Shown: positions 17,512 through 29,398, counted from the stretch's first letter. The stretch is 64,000 nt of DNA from Syntrophorhabdaceae bacterium (GCA_963666485.2 CAXXUO010000001.1:704001-768000); one strand, 5' to 3'. Notes: generated from the letters alone by a model not told the origin. Program-made: numbers and translations.

Positions 17512-20463
17512 ATGAAACGTTACAAAAAGATCGCCTTCTGGTTCCTTGTCGCACTGGCCCTGTTTACCGTGTGCGGCTTTTTCATCGCTCCGCCCGTCAT
17601 GAAATCGATCCTTGTAAAGAAACTGTCCGCGGCACTTGAAAGACCCGTGACGATCGGCAAGATCAGCGTGAATCCTTACACTCTCACCGTACGCGTTAAG
17701 GGGATCGAGATCGCCGAACGCGGCGGGACGGGAAAATTTGTCTCCGTGGGTGAGATCAGGGCCAGTCTCGGGCTCTCGATCATCCGGGGCATTGTCACCC
17801 TGCACGACATCTCCCTGAAAGACCCCTACGTGAACATCATCCGGAAGGACGATACAACATACAATTTCTCGGACCTGCTTGAAGCCAAGAAGGCACATGA
17901 CGTGGAGAAAGGGAGGATAAAAGATACGACGAATTTCTCTCTGCGCTCCATTTCGATAACAAACGGAAGCGCCGATTTCTGGGACGGCCCCGTGAAAAAG
18001 AAGCACACGGTGCGGGAACTTCACCTTACAGTCCCCCTTCTGTCAAATCTCCATAAATATGAGAAAAAGAACGTTGAACCGGTGCTCACGTTAAAGATCA
18101 ACGACGACCCCTATGTCATACGGGGCATCACCAGGCCTTTTGACGATTCGCTCGAAACGAACTTCGATATCGATTTTAGAAATGTCGATATCCCGTATTA
18201 CCTGGCATACATTCCCCTGAAGATACATTTTACGATGCCGTCCGGATCGCTTGACACGAAGATGCAGCTGTCTTTCCGGCAATACAAAGACCGTACGCCT
18301 TCGCTCACCCTGAAAGGCGACCTCTCGATATCGAACCTCGTCGTCAATGACGCGCGCGGCCAGAAAGTGATCGATCTTCCGGCCCTGAACGTGACATCCC
18401 GCTCGATCGAGCCTCTTGTAAAGAAAATCGAGCTTTCCCGGGTATCCCTGGAAAGACCTGAATTGAACGTTGTCCGTGCAAAGAACGGCGACCTCAATGT
18501 GATAAAGCTCATCCCGGAGGAGGGCAAGACGGACAAAAAGGAAAAAGAGGCGGGAAGCCTTGCCAAAAAGGAGGGGGCCGGCAAGAAGACCGCGCCGCAA
18601 CCCCTTCAACTCGTCATCGATGCCCTGGAGCTCAAAGAAGGAAAGATCACATATTCCGACGCCTCTCTGAAAGACCCGGCAAAGATACTCCTTGAGAAGC
18701 TGGAGATAAAGGGCGAAAAGATATCTCTTGCCAGGGACTCGGCGGGCACATTCGAGGTATCCACGGTCATAAACAAGAAAGGTTCCGCGAAGATCACGGG
18801 AAAACTCGTCGTCGACCCGCTTGCCGTGAATGCAAAGGTCGATGCGAAAGGCATAGATATACGACCATTCGAACCGTATTTTACGGACAGGGTACGGATA
18901 TCCGTTGTGAGCGGGGCTGCGGCGGCGATGGGCGATGTGACCGTAAAAGAGGAAAAGAAAGGTCTCAGGATACAGTACAAGGGGACCACGTCCATAACGA
19001 ACCTGGCATCGGTCGATAAGGAGACGGCGGACAGCCTCCTCAAGTTTAAGTCCCTGCACGTCCGGCACCTCGACCTTGACCTCAATCCGACCGCCGTTGC
19101 GGCAACCGGCGTTTCGCTCACCGACTTTTACGCGAACATTGCCGTGCGGCCAGACAAGACCGTGAACATACAGAACATCATGGCCAGGGATACTGCCGCG
19201 ACGGAAAAGGAAACCCAAAAACCCACACAACCTGCAGAAGGGAAAACTGCACCCGCGAAAGAAGAAGATGTACCGATAAAGATCGACGCTATCACCCTCC
19301 AGGGGGGGACCATCAGGTTCCGGGACGATTCTGTCCGGCCTGCGTTTGCGACGAAACTGGATAATATCGGGGGCCGCATTTCCGGTCTTTCCTCCAAAGC
19401 GAATTCGACGGCGGATGTGGAACTGCGCGGGGCGCTCGACAACACAGCCCCTCTCGAGATCACGGGAAAGATAAACCCGCTCAGCAAGGACCTCTATGTT
19501 GACCTCAAGGCAAGCTTCAAGGACATGGACCTGACGCCGACGAGCCCCTATTCCGGCAAATATGCCGGCTACACCGTGGATAAAGGAAAGCTTTCGTTCG
19601 ACGTCCAGTACCTGATCGAGAACCGCAAGCTCGATTCGAAGAACACCGTGTTCATCGACCAGCTGACATTCGGGGAACGCGTCGAATCACCCGACGCGAC
19701 GAAATTGCCCGTGCGCCTTGCGGTTGCACTTCTCAAGGACAGGAAGGGCCAGATCAAGCTTGACCTCCCCGTCACGGGCAGTCTCGATGACCCGCAGTTC
19801 AGCGTCTGGCGCATCGTTCTCAAGATCATCGTCAACATCCTCACAAAGGCGGCCACTGCGCCCTTTGCCCTCATCGGGTCCATGTTCGGGGGCGGCGAGG
19901 ACCTCGACTATATCGAGTTCGATTACGGAAAGTCCACGCTTAACGACGCCGCCATGAAAAAGGTCTCTGTCATAAACAAGATACTCGCCGAGAAAACCGA
20001 CCTCAAGATGGAGATCCAGGGATACGTCGATAAAGAGCGCGACCGGGAAGGTCTCAAGCAATACCTCGTCCAGAAGAAAGTGCGGGCCCAAAAACTGAAA
20101 GACCTCATGAAGAAAAGCAAAGAATCGATAGACGTGGACGATGTACAGGTAGACCCGAAGGAATACGAAAAATACCTGCGCCTTGCCTACAAGGCGGAAA
20201 AATTCGCCAAGCCCAGGAACGTGATCGGCCTCGAGAAAAGCATCCCTGTTCCCGAGATGGAAAAGCTCATGCTGACAAATACAGTCGTGGCCGAGGACGA
20301 CCTCCATGCCCTCGCCCGCCGCAGGGCGTCAAGAGTGATGGAGCAGATCCTGAAATCCGGCCAGATCGAAGCGGGCCGCCTCTTCGTCGTCGATTCAAAA
20401 ACGATAACCCCGCCGAAGAAGGAAAAGATGAAAGAAAGCAGGGTGGAATTTAAACTGAAATAA
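17512..20463 (+). CDS. DUF748 (AsmA-like) envelope protein
   Basis: N-terminal TM anchor, repeated beta-rich units, LPVRLAVALLKD...DLPVTGSLDDPQFS, OmpA-like end RVEFKLK. Confidence 0.85.
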   Translation: MKRYKKIAFWFLVALALFTVCGFFIAPPVMKSILVKKLSAALERPVTIGKISVNPYTLTVRVKGIEIAERGGTGKFVSVGEIRASLGLSIIRGIVTLHDISLKDPYVNIIRKDDTTYNFSDLLEAKKAHDVEKGRIKDTTNFSLRSISITNGSADFWDGPVKKKHTVRELHLTVPLLSNLHKYEKKNVEPVLTLKINDDPYVIRGITRPFDDSLETNFDIDFRNVDIPYYLAYIPLKIHFTMPSGSLDTKMQLSFRQYKDRTPSLTLKGDLSISNLVVNDARGQKVIDLPALNVTSRSIEPLVKKIELSRVSLERPELNVVRAKNGDLNVIKLIPEEGKTDKKEKEAGSLAKKEGAGKKTAPQPLQLVIDALELKEGKITYSDASLKDPAKILLEKLEIKGEKISLARDSAGTFEVSTVINKKGSAKITGKLVVDPLAVNAKVDAKGIDIRPFEPYFTDRVRISVVSGAAAAMGDVTVKEEKKGLRIQYKGTTSITNLASVDKETADSLLKFKSLHVRHLDLDLNPTAVAATGVSLTDFYANIAVRPDKTVNIQNIMARDTAATEKETQKPTQPAEGKTAPAKEEDVPIKIDAITLQGGTIRFRDDSVRPAFATKLDNIGGRISGLSSKANSTADVELRGALDNTAPLEITGKINPLSKDLYVDLKASFKDMDLTPTSPYSGKYAGYTVDKGKLSFDVQYLIENRKLDSKNTVFIDQLTFGERVESPDATKLPVRLAVALLKDRKGQIKLDLPVTGSLDDPQFSVWRIVLKIIVNILTKAATAPFALIGSMFGGGEDLDYIEFDYGKSTLNDAAMKKVSVINKILAEKTDLKMEIQGYVDKERDREGLKQYLVQKKVRAQKLKDLMKKSKESIDVDDVQVDPKEYEKYLRLAYKAEKFAKPRNVIGLEKSIPVPEMEKLMLTNTVVAEDDLHALARRRASRVMEQILKSGQIEAGRLFVVDSKTITPPKKEKMKESRVEFKLK

Positions 20464-20819
20464 AAACCGGTTCCACGTTCCAGGTCCCACGTTCCACGAG
20501 GAAGCATCGGTTCAGGGTTTGGATTTACATTTAAGATGGGTCGCTACTACCGGCTTCTCCTTCGCGGAATGTTTTTAAGTGTCTTTTCCGATCCGCCGAG
20601 TGCGGCAAGCTTCTTCGCGCTTTTACGCGAGATAACCGACTCGAGGCCAGGTCTTGTCAGTGCATTTTTTTCTTTGGCTCCCGTCAGGAACTTATTATCT
20701 CATTATCGATATTTCGCATAAGTCCTCTTTTATCTGCAGAAATATGCTACGGGAAATGAATTCTATCAATATACGAAAACTACGGGTAGTATTTGAAAGA
20801 AATCTTGGGTCAAAGACAC

Positions 20820-21027
20820 TGGATTCCCGCTTGCGCGGGAATGACGACAGGGGTGTAGAGGTTCAGATCTTGCAGTACAGTCCCCAGCCTTTCCGAAACC
20901 TCCATCTACCGTCTTCCCGGCCGTAAGAGCCGGGACCCAAGGTTTTGCCTTTCATTTTTCCGCAACGATAAAATGAACAAAATTATAAAAACCAAACCTT
21001 GGGTCCCGGGTCAAGCCCGGGAAGACG
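20820..21027. repeat. Cluster of three REP-like palindromes
   Basis: tggattcccgcttgcgcgggaatgac; gtcttcccggcc..gccgggacccaagg; ccttgggtcccgggtcaagcccgggaagac. Confidence 0.8.
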
Positions 21028-21137
21028 ATTGAAGTTAAGTTAAACAACCCCGACCCAAGAGAATGTGCCGCCGGTCACCCCATTTAATTTTCTCAACGTG
21101 TCCTGACAGATGAGAACCTTTGCAAGGGGGTAGAAGC

Positions 21138-21184
21138 CTTACGCCTTACGCCTTACGCCTTACGCCTTACGCCTTACGATTACG
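21138..21184. repeat. Heptamer tandem array (CCTTACG)n
   Basis: About 6 units abutting the subunit D stop; same unit at 48-66 and 38881-38913. Confidence 0.9.
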
Positions 21185-21800
21185 TTGCCAGCCTGTCGCG
21201 GATCATCTTCAGAATGATGAGCGATTCGCGCTCCCTTTCTTCCAGGGAGCCCGTGATGTATTCGATCGTTTCCTGGTACTGAGGTATGAATATCTTGGAA
21301 AGGGCGTTCGTTCGCCTTTGGGTGCGGCGCAATTCCCGTGCGAGGCGCATGACCGCGTTCTCGAGTTCCGCAAGGTCGGCGAGAAGCGGCAGGACGTCGA
21401 CGAATTTGGCCATGGTGATATCCGTGTTCGATGACGTTCCCCCGACGCCGAACCGAACGCCCATCGGCTCGGCCCTGACGCTCACCCTGGGCACGCCCAT
21501 GCCCATCAGCCGGTCATCGGTCATTTCTATATCGTGCTTCATTGAAACGCCGAGTGTCGCCCGGTCGATCGCCTCAGAGCCGATGTCGAGCGTCGCCTCC
21601 CTGAGTGCCTCGAAGGCCTGCCGCAGCGCCTCGGCCACCCGTTTTTCCGCTTCCTCCGCCCGGTTAAGGCGGCTCATGAGCTCAAATATGAGGATCTGCC
21701 GCTTCTGCTCGAGAAGGTCGTACCCCTCCTGGGCAAAATCGAGCTGCCTCTCGAGGTTCAGGAGATTTGATTTCGTCGGTGCAACGTTGAGTTTCGCCAT
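21180..21800 (-). CDS. ntpD: V/A-type ATPase subunit D
   Basis: APTKSNL, GYDLLEQKR, TQRRTNAL and LEERERE motifs. Confidence 0.93.
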   Translation of the reverse strand: MAKLNVAPTKSNLLNLERQLDFAQEGYDLLEQKRQILIFELMSRLNRAEEAEKRVAEALRQAFEALREATLDIGSEAIDRATLGVSMKHDIEMTDDRLMGMGVPRVSVRAEPMGVRFGVGGTSSNTDITMAKFVDVLPLLADLAELENAVMRLARELRRTQRRTNALSKIFIPQYQETIEYITGSLEERERESLIILKMIRDRLAT

Positions 21801-21812
21801 ATACGTCTTCCC

Positions 21813-23246
21813 TTATCCCGCGGCCGCCTGCTCCGTCGTCTCCCGTTTGGCCCGGTAATGCTTCTTCAGGAGCTCATCGCTGACACGGTGGAGCTCTTCC
21901 TGCGGCAGGACGGACAGTGCGTCCCATCCGAGCTCGAGCGTCGTCTCGATCGTGCGGTTCTCGTACTCGCCCTGATTCAGGAACTCCATCTCGAACGCCT
22001 CGCCGAACTTCAGGTACTGCTTGTCGAGAGGGCTCAATTCCTCTTCACCGATGACGTCTGCAAGGCCCCGGACCCTCTTTACGTACGCGTAACAGGCGAA
22101 GAGCTGGCTTGCCAGGATCGGGTGGTCTTCGCGTGTGAAGCCTTTGCCCACCCCGTCCTTCATGAGCCGCGAGAGGCTCGGCAGACCGGCGATCGGGGGA
22201 TAGATGCCGCGCTGGAACAGGTCACGGTCGAGGACGATCTGCCCTTCCGTGATATACCCCGTCAGGTCAGGCACGGGATGACTGATATCGTCCGCGGGCA
22301 TTGTGAGGATCGCCATCTGCGTGATGGACCCCGGGGACCCCTCGATACGCCCCGCCCGCTCGTACAGGCTCGCGAGGTCCGAGTAAAGATAGCCCGGATA
22401 TCCCTTGCGCCCGGGGATCTCGCCGCGCGCCGTGCCGACCTCGCGCAGACTCTCACAGTAGTTTGTCATGTCCGTGAGGAGAACCAGGACGTGCTGGCCG
22501 CAGTCGAATGCCAGGTGTTCGGCGAGCGTGAGGGCAACCCGGGGCGTCAGGAGGCGTTCGACGCTCGGGGCGTCCGCCAGGGAAAAGATCATGACCGCTC
22601 GTGCCAGAGCACCCGATTCCCGGAAGTTGCGGATAAAGAATTCGGCGACGTCGTGTTTTATGCCCATGGCTGCGAAGACGATGGAGAACTCGACCTCTTC
22701 GTCAAGGAGCCGCGCCTGCCGGATGATCTGGGCCGAAACCCTGTCGTGCGGCAGGCCGTTCCCCGAGAAGACCGGGAGTTTCTGGCCGCGCACGAGCGCG
22801 TTCATGCCGTCGATGGCGGATAAGCCCGTCTGGATGAACTCACGGGGATACCGCCGCGCGAACGGGTTGATCGGCATGCCGTTCACATCGCGGCGGTCAG
22901 CGGACAGGGGCGGCGGCCCGCCGTCTGCCGGGCGGCCGAGACCGTCGAACACGCGCCCGAGCATCCTCCGTGACACGGGAAGGCGGAAACTCTCGCCCAA
23001 AAACCGCGTCTTCAGGCTTTTCGTGGCAAGGCCCGTCGTCCCTTCGAGCACCTGGACGACGGTATGGGACCCGGAGACGTCGAGAACGCGCCCTAAGCGC
23101 GTGTTCCCGGCGGGGTCGAGTATCTCGACCACCTCGTCGAAACCGACATCCCGGACATTTTCGACAACGACGAGCGGCCCCTCGATGCGTGAGGCGCCGA
23201 CATATTGCAGACCTCTATCCTCGATCCCGGCAAATAGATTATCCAT
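21813..23246 (-). CDS. ntpB: V/A-type ATPase subunit B
   Basis: [20 protein letters not shown] and [11 protein letters not shown] motifs. Confidence 0.95.
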   Translation of the reverse strand: MDNLFAGIEDRGLQYVGASRIEGPLVVVENVRDVGFDEVVEILDPAGNTRLGRVLDVSGSHTVVQVLEGTTGLATKSLKTRFLGESFRLPVSRRMLGRVFDGLGRPADGGPPPLSADRRDVNGMPINPFARRYPREFIQTGLSAIDGMNALVRGQKLPVFSGNGLPHDRVSAQIIRQARLLDEEVEFSIVFAAMGIKHDVAEFFIRNFRESGALARAVMIFSLADAPSVERLLTPRVALTLAEHLAFDCGQHVLVLLTDMTNYCESLREVGTARGEIPGRKGYPGYLYSDLASLYERAGRIEGSPGSITQMAILTMPADDISHPVPDLTGYITEGQIVLDRDLFQRGIYPPIAGLPSLSRLMKDGVGKGFTREDHPILASQLFACYAYVKRVRGLADVIGEEELSPLDKQYLKFGEAFEMEFLNQGEYENRTIETTLELGWDALSVLPQEELHRVSDELLKKHYRAKRETTEQAAAG

Positions 23247-25035
23247 AGCAGGACGTCCCCTTTACGTATTGTTGTGACATCTTGTCCGCCTCTTCGTTGA
23301 GCCTCCTGTCGATATCAGCCAGTTTGTCCATTTCCTTGTTGCTGAGCGCCGACTTCGCCCGCAGCACCTCCGAGATGCACTCCATGCCGCGGACCATCGC
23401 GAGCGGCACGCCCTCCTGGATGAGGTCGCGGCCCCTGTGGTAAAGGTTGAGCATTATCCTCAGCAGGGCGACCTGTTTTTCCGGGGAGCAGTAGGCATCG
23501 TTCGTATCGAATGCGCTCTGCGCGAGAAACCCGTCCTTTATTATCTCGGCGACGAACAGGATCAGTTTCTGGTTGTCCGGCAGGACATCGGGGCCGACCA
23601 GTTTCACGATCTGCTGGAGGCGCTCTTCCCGCTGAAGCAGGGTCAATGCCTCGGTCCTCAAATTTTCCCAATCGCACGCGCCCTGTTCCCACCAGCTCTT
23701 GACGTCCTCGGAATATTCCGAATAGGACTGCAGCCAGTGAATGGAAGGATAATGTCTCGCATTGGCGAGCCCCGTATCGAGAGCCCAGAAACACCGGATG
23801 AACCGGCGGGTGTGCTGTGTGACGGGTTCCGAGAAATCGCCGCCGGGGGGACTGACCGCCCCGACGATGCTCACCGAGCCGCGGTCTCCCGCAAGCGTCG
23901 TCACGGCACCGCCCCGTTCATAGAACTGGGCAAGCCGCGTCGGGAGCGATGCCGGGAACCCTTCCTCGGCGGGCATCTCTTCGAGCCGCGCCGCAAGTTC
24001 CCTCAAGGCCTCCGCCCAGCGGCTCGTGGAGTCCGCGAATACCGCGACGGAAAGGCCCATGTCGCGGTAATACTCGGCCAGCGTGATCCCCGTGTAAATG
24101 GAGACCTCGCGGGCGGCGACCGGCATGTTGGACGTGTTCGCGATGAGGATCGTCCGCTCCATGAGCGGGCGGCCGGACCGCGGGTCCTCGAGTTCCGGGA
24201 ACTCCCGGAGCACCTCCGTCATCTCGTTCCCGCGCTCGCCGCATCCGATAAAGACGATGATCTGCGCGTCGGACCATTTCGCAAGCTGGTGCTGGGTTAT
24301 CGTTTTGCCCGTGCCGAACCCGCCGGGTATGGCTGCCGCGCCTCCCTTGCCGATAGGGAAGAAGGTATCGATGATACGCTGCCCGGTAATGAGCGGCTCC
24401 GCGATCCTCAAGCGCTCGCGGATCGGCCGCGGGACCCTCACAGGCCAGCGCTGCATCATCATGACGTCGCGCGGGCCTGCCGAAGTTTCGACGACGGCGA
24501 TGGGCTCCGCCAGGGTATAGTCACCCTTGCCGACAATGGACCGGAGAGTCCCGGATATGTCGGGCGGTACCATGATGCGATGCATGACGAGGGGCGTCTC
24601 GGCAACCTGCCCGATGATCTGCCCGCCGGTCACGTCCGTCCCCGCACTGACGAGCGGTTCAAAGGTCCATTTTTTTTCGGTGTCGAGCGCGTCGACCTTT
24701 TCGCCGCGCCGTATCCAGGCGCCGCTTTTTGCCTCGATGCCGGGAAGGGGACGCTGAATCCCGTCGTAAATATTTCCCAGGAGCCCCGGGCCGAGCCAAA
24801 CCGAAAGAGGTGCACCCGTGCATTCCACCTCGGCCCCCGGCTTCAGCATGGTCGTATCTTCGTAGACCTGTATCGTCGCGAGGTCCCCGATGACCCGCAC
24901 AACCTCACCGACGAGGCCCAGGGAGCCGACCTGAACGACCTCGTACATCTGGGCCGCACTCATTCCTTTCGCGGTAATGATGGGCCCGCTGATACGGGTT
25001 GCGAGGGGCCCTCCGTTTTTGTCGACAGTGGTCAC
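23239..25035 (-). CDS. ntpA: V/A-type ATPase subunit A (catalytic)
   Basis: P-loop [25 protein letters not shown] and [11 protein letters not shown]. Confidence 0.95.
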   Translation of the reverse strand: MTTVDKNGGPLATRISGPIITAKGMSAAQMYEVVQVGSLGLVGEVVRVIGDLATIQVYEDTTMLKPGAEVECTGAPLSVWLGPGLLGNIYDGIQRPLPGIEAKSGAWIRRGEKVDALDTEKKWTFEPLVSAGTDVTGGQIIGQVAETPLVMHRIMVPPDISGTLRSIVGKGDYTLAEPIAVVETSAGPRDVMMMQRWPVRVPRPIRERLRIAEPLITGQRIIDTFFPIGKGGAAAIPGGFGTGKTITQHQLAKWSDAQIIVFIGCGERGNEMTEVLREFPELEDPRSGRPLMERTILIANTSNMPVAAREVSIYTGITLAEYYRDMGLSVAVFADSTSRWAEALRELAARLEEMPAEEGFPASLPTRLAQFYERGGAVTTLAGDRGSVSIVGAVSPPGGDFSEPVTQHTRRFIRCFWALDTGLANARHYPSIHWLQSYSEYSEDVKSWWEQGACDWENLRTEALTLLQREERLQQIVKLVGPDVLPDNQKLILFVAEIIKDGFLAQSAFDTNDAYCSPEKQVALLRIMLNLYHRGRDLIQEGVPLAMVRGMECISEVLRAKSALSNKEMDKLADIDRRLNEEADKMSQQYVKGTSCYG

Positions 25036-25047
25036 GCGGTACCTCCT

Positions 25048-25692
25048 TTAGCCCCCGGCTTTCATATCGGGGAACATCTTCTCTGCAATGAGGCGCCTGA
25101 ATTGCGGCCAGAGCCTCTCCAAGCGCGCCGGGAAGCGGTTGTCCCACACCTGGCTGCCGGTGGCGTCCTCTACGACCGGCCCGCCCCCGTGAACCATCGG
25201 CTCGAACAGGACCTTGATATTCCCCTCGGGACGTCCCGCCTTCGCAGCGATCTGCCTTCCAATATCGGCACCGAGGACCGCGCGGTCCTCCTCGGACAGG
25301 CGGACAGTGAAATTCTCTCCGGCCATTTCCTTGATCGCCGATGCGGCGAGGTCGACGACAATTCCACTGTAACTGCCGTCAGATCGGAGCGCAGACAGTT
25401 TCTGGCTGACGTCAGCCCGGACCGACTCGAGAAGGCTTTCGATACGCTCGAGCCTCAACCTGCGCGCCTCGACGGACGCGGATGCAAGGGTAATGTCCCG
25501 CAACCGGTCACCTTCGGCCCGTGCCTCGTCGATGCGCTTCTGGCGGGCGCTATCCGCCCCGGCATGGGCCTTCTGCAGGATGTCCCCGGCGTCGCGCGTC
25601 GCGCATTGCACGACATCGTCGCGTTCGCGCCCGGCGCCCGCAAGAATCTCGTTGCACAGCGCTTCTGAAGATTCAGGGTCAGTCACACTCAT
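25048..25692 (-). CDS. ntpE: V/A-type ATPase subunit E
   Basis: Operon position; coiled-coil N-terminus; GG...WDNRFPARL. Confidence 0.8.
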   Translation of the reverse strand: MSVTDPESSEALCNEILAGAGRERDDVVQCATRDAGDILQKAHAGADSARQKRIDEARAEGDRLRDITLASASVEARRLRLERIESLLESVRADVSQKLSALRSDGSYSGIVVDLAASAIKEMAGENFTVRLSEEDRAVLGADIGRQIAAKAGRPEGNIKVLFEPMVHGGGPVVEDATGSQVWDNRFPARLERLWPQFRRLIAEKMFPDMKAGG

Positions 25693-25702
25693 GTATGGTC
25701 CC

Positions 25703-26017
25703 TCACTTTGGCTCAAGCCGAATACCGACGGCCTCCTGGACAAAGCCCCTCAAGCCCTTCGATTCGGCCGGCTTACCCTTAGGCCCCGGTATCTCGATGA
25801 TAAGCGGACGGTCCTGCTCGAGCCGGATAGAGTCAACGATGCCTCGGGCCATGTCGGCTGCAGGGCTCGTGATGATGATGATGCCGCAGTCGGGCATCCG
25901 CAGTGCATCCTCAACGGCCTGGCGGGACTCCTCGACTGTCGCGACGGCCCGGCCGTCAACCCCCGCCAGCCTGAAGCCGCGCAGCGTGTCCTCGTCCGCT
26001 ATGCAGAAAAATCTCAC
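25703..26017 (-). CDS. ntpF: V/A-type ATPase subunit F
   Basis: IADEDTLRGFRLAGV and PLIIEIP motifs. Confidence 0.9.
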   Translation of the reverse strand: MRFFCIADEDTLRGFRLAGVDGRAVATVEESRQAVEDALRMPDCGIIIITSPAADMARGIVDSIRLEQDRPLIIEIPGPKGKPAESKGLRGFVQEAVGIRLEPK

Positions 26018-26026
26018 CCGGTCCCC

Positions 26027-26356
26027 CTAGATCTTCTGCAAGAGCATCATCGCAATAGCGAAACCAAGGACTGCGAGCCCCTCGGCGAGTGCGACGAACA
26101 GGATGCTTCGCGTGAGCAGCTCGGGCTTCTCGACGGCGGCACCCAGCGCCGCGGACCCTATCTTCGCAACCGCATACCCGGCCCCGAGGATGCTCAAGCC
26201 CACGGCGACGGCCGCTGCGAGAGCGAGGCCGATGGTCCGTGCCGCTGTCTGAACACTACCCGCATCCTGCGCCGCCTCTCCGGCGGCAAAGGCCGGCAGA
26301 CACAATGTGATCAGGACGAGAACGGCACCAACGAACCATTGGAGCAACTTCCTCAT
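26027..26356 (-). CDS. ntpK: V/A-type ATPase proteolipid subunit c/K (single hairpin with N-terminal leader)
   Basis: GAGYAVAKIGSAALGAAVEKPEL...ALAEG. Confidence 0.92.
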   Translation of the reverse strand: MRKLLQWFVGAVLVLITLCLPAFAAGEAAQDAGSVQTAARTIGLALAAAVAVGLSILGAGYAVAKIGSAALGAAVEKPELLTRSILFVALAEGLAVLGFAIAMMLLQKI

Positions 26357-26406
26357 ATGACACCTCCCCTTGCCGGCCCGTGACCGGCTCTATCGTCCTT
26401 TAAGGA

Positions 26407-28365
26407 TCAGGACGGTTTCAGCCTTGATTTTCCTGTCAGGCGAAAAGGTTCGAACGCCTGGCCGTTGCCCGAAAAGAACTTCCCGAAGAACTCGTAATAC
26501 TCGAGACGGGCCGCCTGCACGGAGGCGATGATCCCCTCGAGCACGATGGCGACGAGGTTGCCGAGAATGATGACGATAACATTCCAGATCGTACCCCCGG
26601 CAAGGTGCTTGACCTGTTCGGCAAGCATGAACGCAGCGACGAGAAGCGCCGCGTGGCTCATGGCATACGCGCCGAGACGGACGAAACTGATGGTGTTGGC
26701 GAGGTAGCTCAGGCACCCCTCGAATGCACCGACAAAGGATTCCGTTATTGCGTTCGCAAACGTATGCTCACTGTCATCGCCGTGTGACGGGCGAAGGAAA
26801 TATTCGAGCGGCTCTTTCATTATCCATGCGAGGATAGGGACGCCGAGGAACACGATCATCGCCGTCTTCATCAATCCCAGCGATTCGAAAAATTTCGAGA
26901 AGATGATCATGGAAAGAACGCCCCAGTAGAAGAGGATGCCCGCTACACCGAACTTGTCAAAAAAGCCGCCGATGATATCGCCCTGCCGGAAACGATTGAT
27001 AATGTTCAATATCAATCCCAGGCTGATCATTGCGATCCCGACGGCGATCGCGCCGTACATCAGCCCCATCGGGTCCCCTTCGAGCGGGTCGTGCCAGATG
27101 GCATGGTGCTTGAAATACTCGAGCCCGAAGACGCTCCCGTAGATAATACCGAAGATGATGCTCGACGAAGCGCACGAGATGAGCAGCACCCCGGCGTCGC
27201 GCACCTTTTCAGTTTTCCCCTTGAGCAGCGCATAGATGCCAAACCCGAGAAGCACCGCCCCCTGTCCGGCATCGCCGAACATGATCCCGAACATGAGGAC
27301 ATAACTGATGGCGACGAACAGCGTCGGTTCGAACTCGCGGTAATTGGGCACCCCGTATGACGACATGAGCATGCCGAAAGGACGCATCAGGCTCGAGTGG
27401 TCGAGAAGGGTGGGCACCTCGTCCTGTCTGCCGGGCGCTGTCACCTCGATCACGCAATGCCCCCCCGTTATCTCGTTCAACGTCCCGGTGATGTCCTCAG
27501 ACCTGTGGCCCGGCACCCACCCGGAGATAAAGACGGCGGCATCCGTGCGTCCCAAGCTCAGCTGCGCCCGCGCGATACCCAGCTCCGCCTCCATGGTCGC
27601 TTCCATGCGATACAGTTCCGGCGTGAACTCCTCGGCGAGCTGACGTATCCTGACGCCAAGACGCTCGAGCTGCTCGTCGAGCCGATCGTGTTCGCTCTCT
27701 TTTTCCCGGCACAGGGAGTCGAGCGTGGCGCCGTTCTGCACGGGGAGAATGTCTTTCTGGAAACCGGCCTTCTGGAGAATATCGTCGAGGGCCGCGGATT
27801 GGGCCCGTGTTGTCATGGCGATAAGGGGATAGCGGCCTTTCTGGGCGGGCAGGGTAATGAGCGCCGTATCCGGGCCGATCCCTGCGCGCACCTCTTCGAT
27901 ATGCTCGGCCGGGACCGTGCCCGTGACAAAATGCAGAAAGGAGAATGAGTCGAGCCCGTCGAGCGGGATGTCGAGGCTGCGGTAACCTTCGACCTGCTGA
28001 CACAGTATGCTGTTTTCCCGCTGGCGCTGCTTGTAAGCCCTGCGCAGATCGACAAGTTCCGTGAGGTGGCCTTCCATCACCTGCAACCGGCTTTCGATGT
28101 CGTCGATGGCCATCGGCTCGAGCTGTAAAGCCGGGTCGGCGGGCGGAATCTCGAGCAGGCGGATGACCTCGTCGACACGGAGGCGAAGGCGGTCGTACTC
28201 TGTTATCCTCTGCTCCGCATCATGGTTCGCAAAAGATATCTCCCTGACGTCCCGGCTGCGGGTCAGCTGCACCGCACCGAGGCTCCCCAGGGCCTCGAGC
28301 ACTTTCCGCTCGTCCCGTTCGAGGATGACGGCGCTGACGTGCACCATGGGTGTCGCTCTAAACAT
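26407..28365 (-). CDS. ntpI: V/A-type ATPase subunit I/a
   Basis: FGIMFGDAGQG, NTISFVRL and RLEYYEFFGKFF motifs. Confidence 0.93.
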   Translation of the reverse strand: MFRATPMVHVSAVILERDERKVLEALGSLGAVQLTRSRDVREISFANHDAEQRITEYDRLRLRVDEVIRLLEIPPADPALQLEPMAIDDIESRLQVMEGHLTELVDLRRAYKQRQRENSILCQQVEGYRSLDIPLDGLDSFSFLHFVTGTVPAEHIEEVRAGIGPDTALITLPAQKGRYPLIAMTTRAQSAALDDILQKAGFQKDILPVQNGATLDSLCREKESEHDRLDEQLERLGVRIRQLAEEFTPELYRMEATMEAELGIARAQLSLGRTDAAVFISGWVPGHRSEDITGTLNEITGGHCVIEVTAPGRQDEVPTLLDHSSLMRPFGMLMSSYGVPNYREFEPTLFVAISYVLMFGIMFGDAGQGAVLLGFGIYALLKGKTEKVRDAGVLLISCASSSIIFGIIYGSVFGLEYFKHHAIWHDPLEGDPMGLMYGAIAVGIAMISLGLILNIINRFRQGDIIGGFFDKFGVAGILFYWGVLSMIIFSKFFESLGLMKTAMIVFLGVPILAWIMKEPLEYFLRPSHGDDSEHTFANAITESFVGAFEGCLSYLANTISFVRLGAYAMSHAALLVAAFMLAEQVKHLAGGTIWNVIVIILGNLVAIVLEGIIASVQAARLEYYEFFGKFFSGNGQAFEPFRLTGKSRLKPS

Positions 28366-29398
28366 GTGCACCTTCTATGTCGGACCGCGGGACGGTCCGT
28401 ATCCGTATCGCATCGGGGTCCATTTCGGCGCGGATGCCTTCGGAAATGGTTATCAGGTTTGCGATCTCGATACGCCGGATCGCCACATGCGCCACGACGG
28501 CGCCAAATCCCATGTGGCTTTTCCGGAACGTCGTTCTGGCTATGCGCAGGTAGCGATGCCATGCGAGCCGCTCAAGGACCGTTACCGGGATCGACACCTC
28601 CGACTGCCCCCCTTCGAAGGGAAGGGGATCGAGTACGCGCATCACGACGCGGTTCACGGCAGTCAAAGGATCGGGGTCGTTCAGCATATCGGAAAAAGTA
28701 AAATATCCGATCGCTCCCCCCGGCACGTGCATGGATAAAAGCTGGTCCGAGGAAAGCCCGTAGTTGAACCGGCCGCGCAGCATCAGGGTGAGGTGAAAGA
28801 TATCCGCCTCGTTGCGTATCAGATTTCCCACATCTTCGCGGTCGCTGCTCGACAGGGCCTTGTACCGCGCCACGAGTTCGGTGAGATATCCGCGGTCGAT
28901 CGCCGCCTCGAAAAAGAAGGGCCGCGCATCTTCCCCGTGCTCCCGGACCGCCTTGTCGAGGCTCCTCCTTATAGGGCCCGTCTCGAGCAAGTGAAGAAAA
29001 TCCATCACGGAACCCGCGACGGCGAGAGCGTGCACCTGTGCAGATTTAAACCCCGGGACTGCGACAAGGTGTGCCGCGGCATCCTCCGGGTTTACCTTCG
29101 TAATAGACGCCCTCAGGAGCACCTTGAGGTTCTCGGCCTCGAAGCGGACAGGCATCCACTCGACGAGGTGTGCCTGTGTGTGTGAGAGTTGTGCCTTTAT
29201 GAGCGACAATTCGCGGACGAGATCTTCAACCAGCTGCCGCTGAAGTTCCGCGATACCCTGAAAGTCCTTCTCGGGAAAGAGGGTCCGTGCATATTCCTCA
29301 ACGGTGCGGATGCGGCTCAAGGCGTCGAGCCTGTCACCTTCCGCCAATCTGCTGCGCCTGCCGTGCAGCCGGGCTGTCAGGTATTCGAGGTTGCTCAA
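28358..29398 (-). CDS. ntpC: V/A-type ATPase subunit C/d
   Basis: YLTARLHGRRSRL, ENLKVLLR and EIANLITISEG; TTG start. Confidence 0.85.
   Translation of the reverse strand: MSNLEYLTARLHGRRSRLAEGDRLDALSRIRTVEEYARTLFPEKDFQGIAELQRQLVEDLVRELSLIKAQLSHTQAHLVEWMPVRFEAENLKVLLRASITKVNPEDAAAHLVAVPGFKSAQVHALAVAGSVMDFLHLLETGPIRRSLDKAVREHGEDARPFFFEAAIDRGYLTELVARYKALSSSDREDVGNLIRNEADIFHLTLMLRGRFNYGLSSDQLLSMHVPGGAIGYFTFSDMLNDPDPLTAVNRVVMRVLDPLPFEGGQSEVSIPVTVLERLAWHRYLRIARTTFRKSHMGFGAVVAHVAIRRIEIANLITISEGIRAEMDPDAIRIRTVPRSDIEGAHV

Noticed and set aside
20536..20926. Short ORFs in the DUF748/ATPase intergenic region
   Set aside because: No RBS or motifs, and they run through REP palindromes and AT-rich spacer.
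23437..25668. 743-aa plus-strand ORF and other long antisense ORFs (48196-49635, 31249-32430, 18091-19230)
   Set aside because: Shadow frames opposite well-conserved genes in GC-rich DNA, with no motifs.
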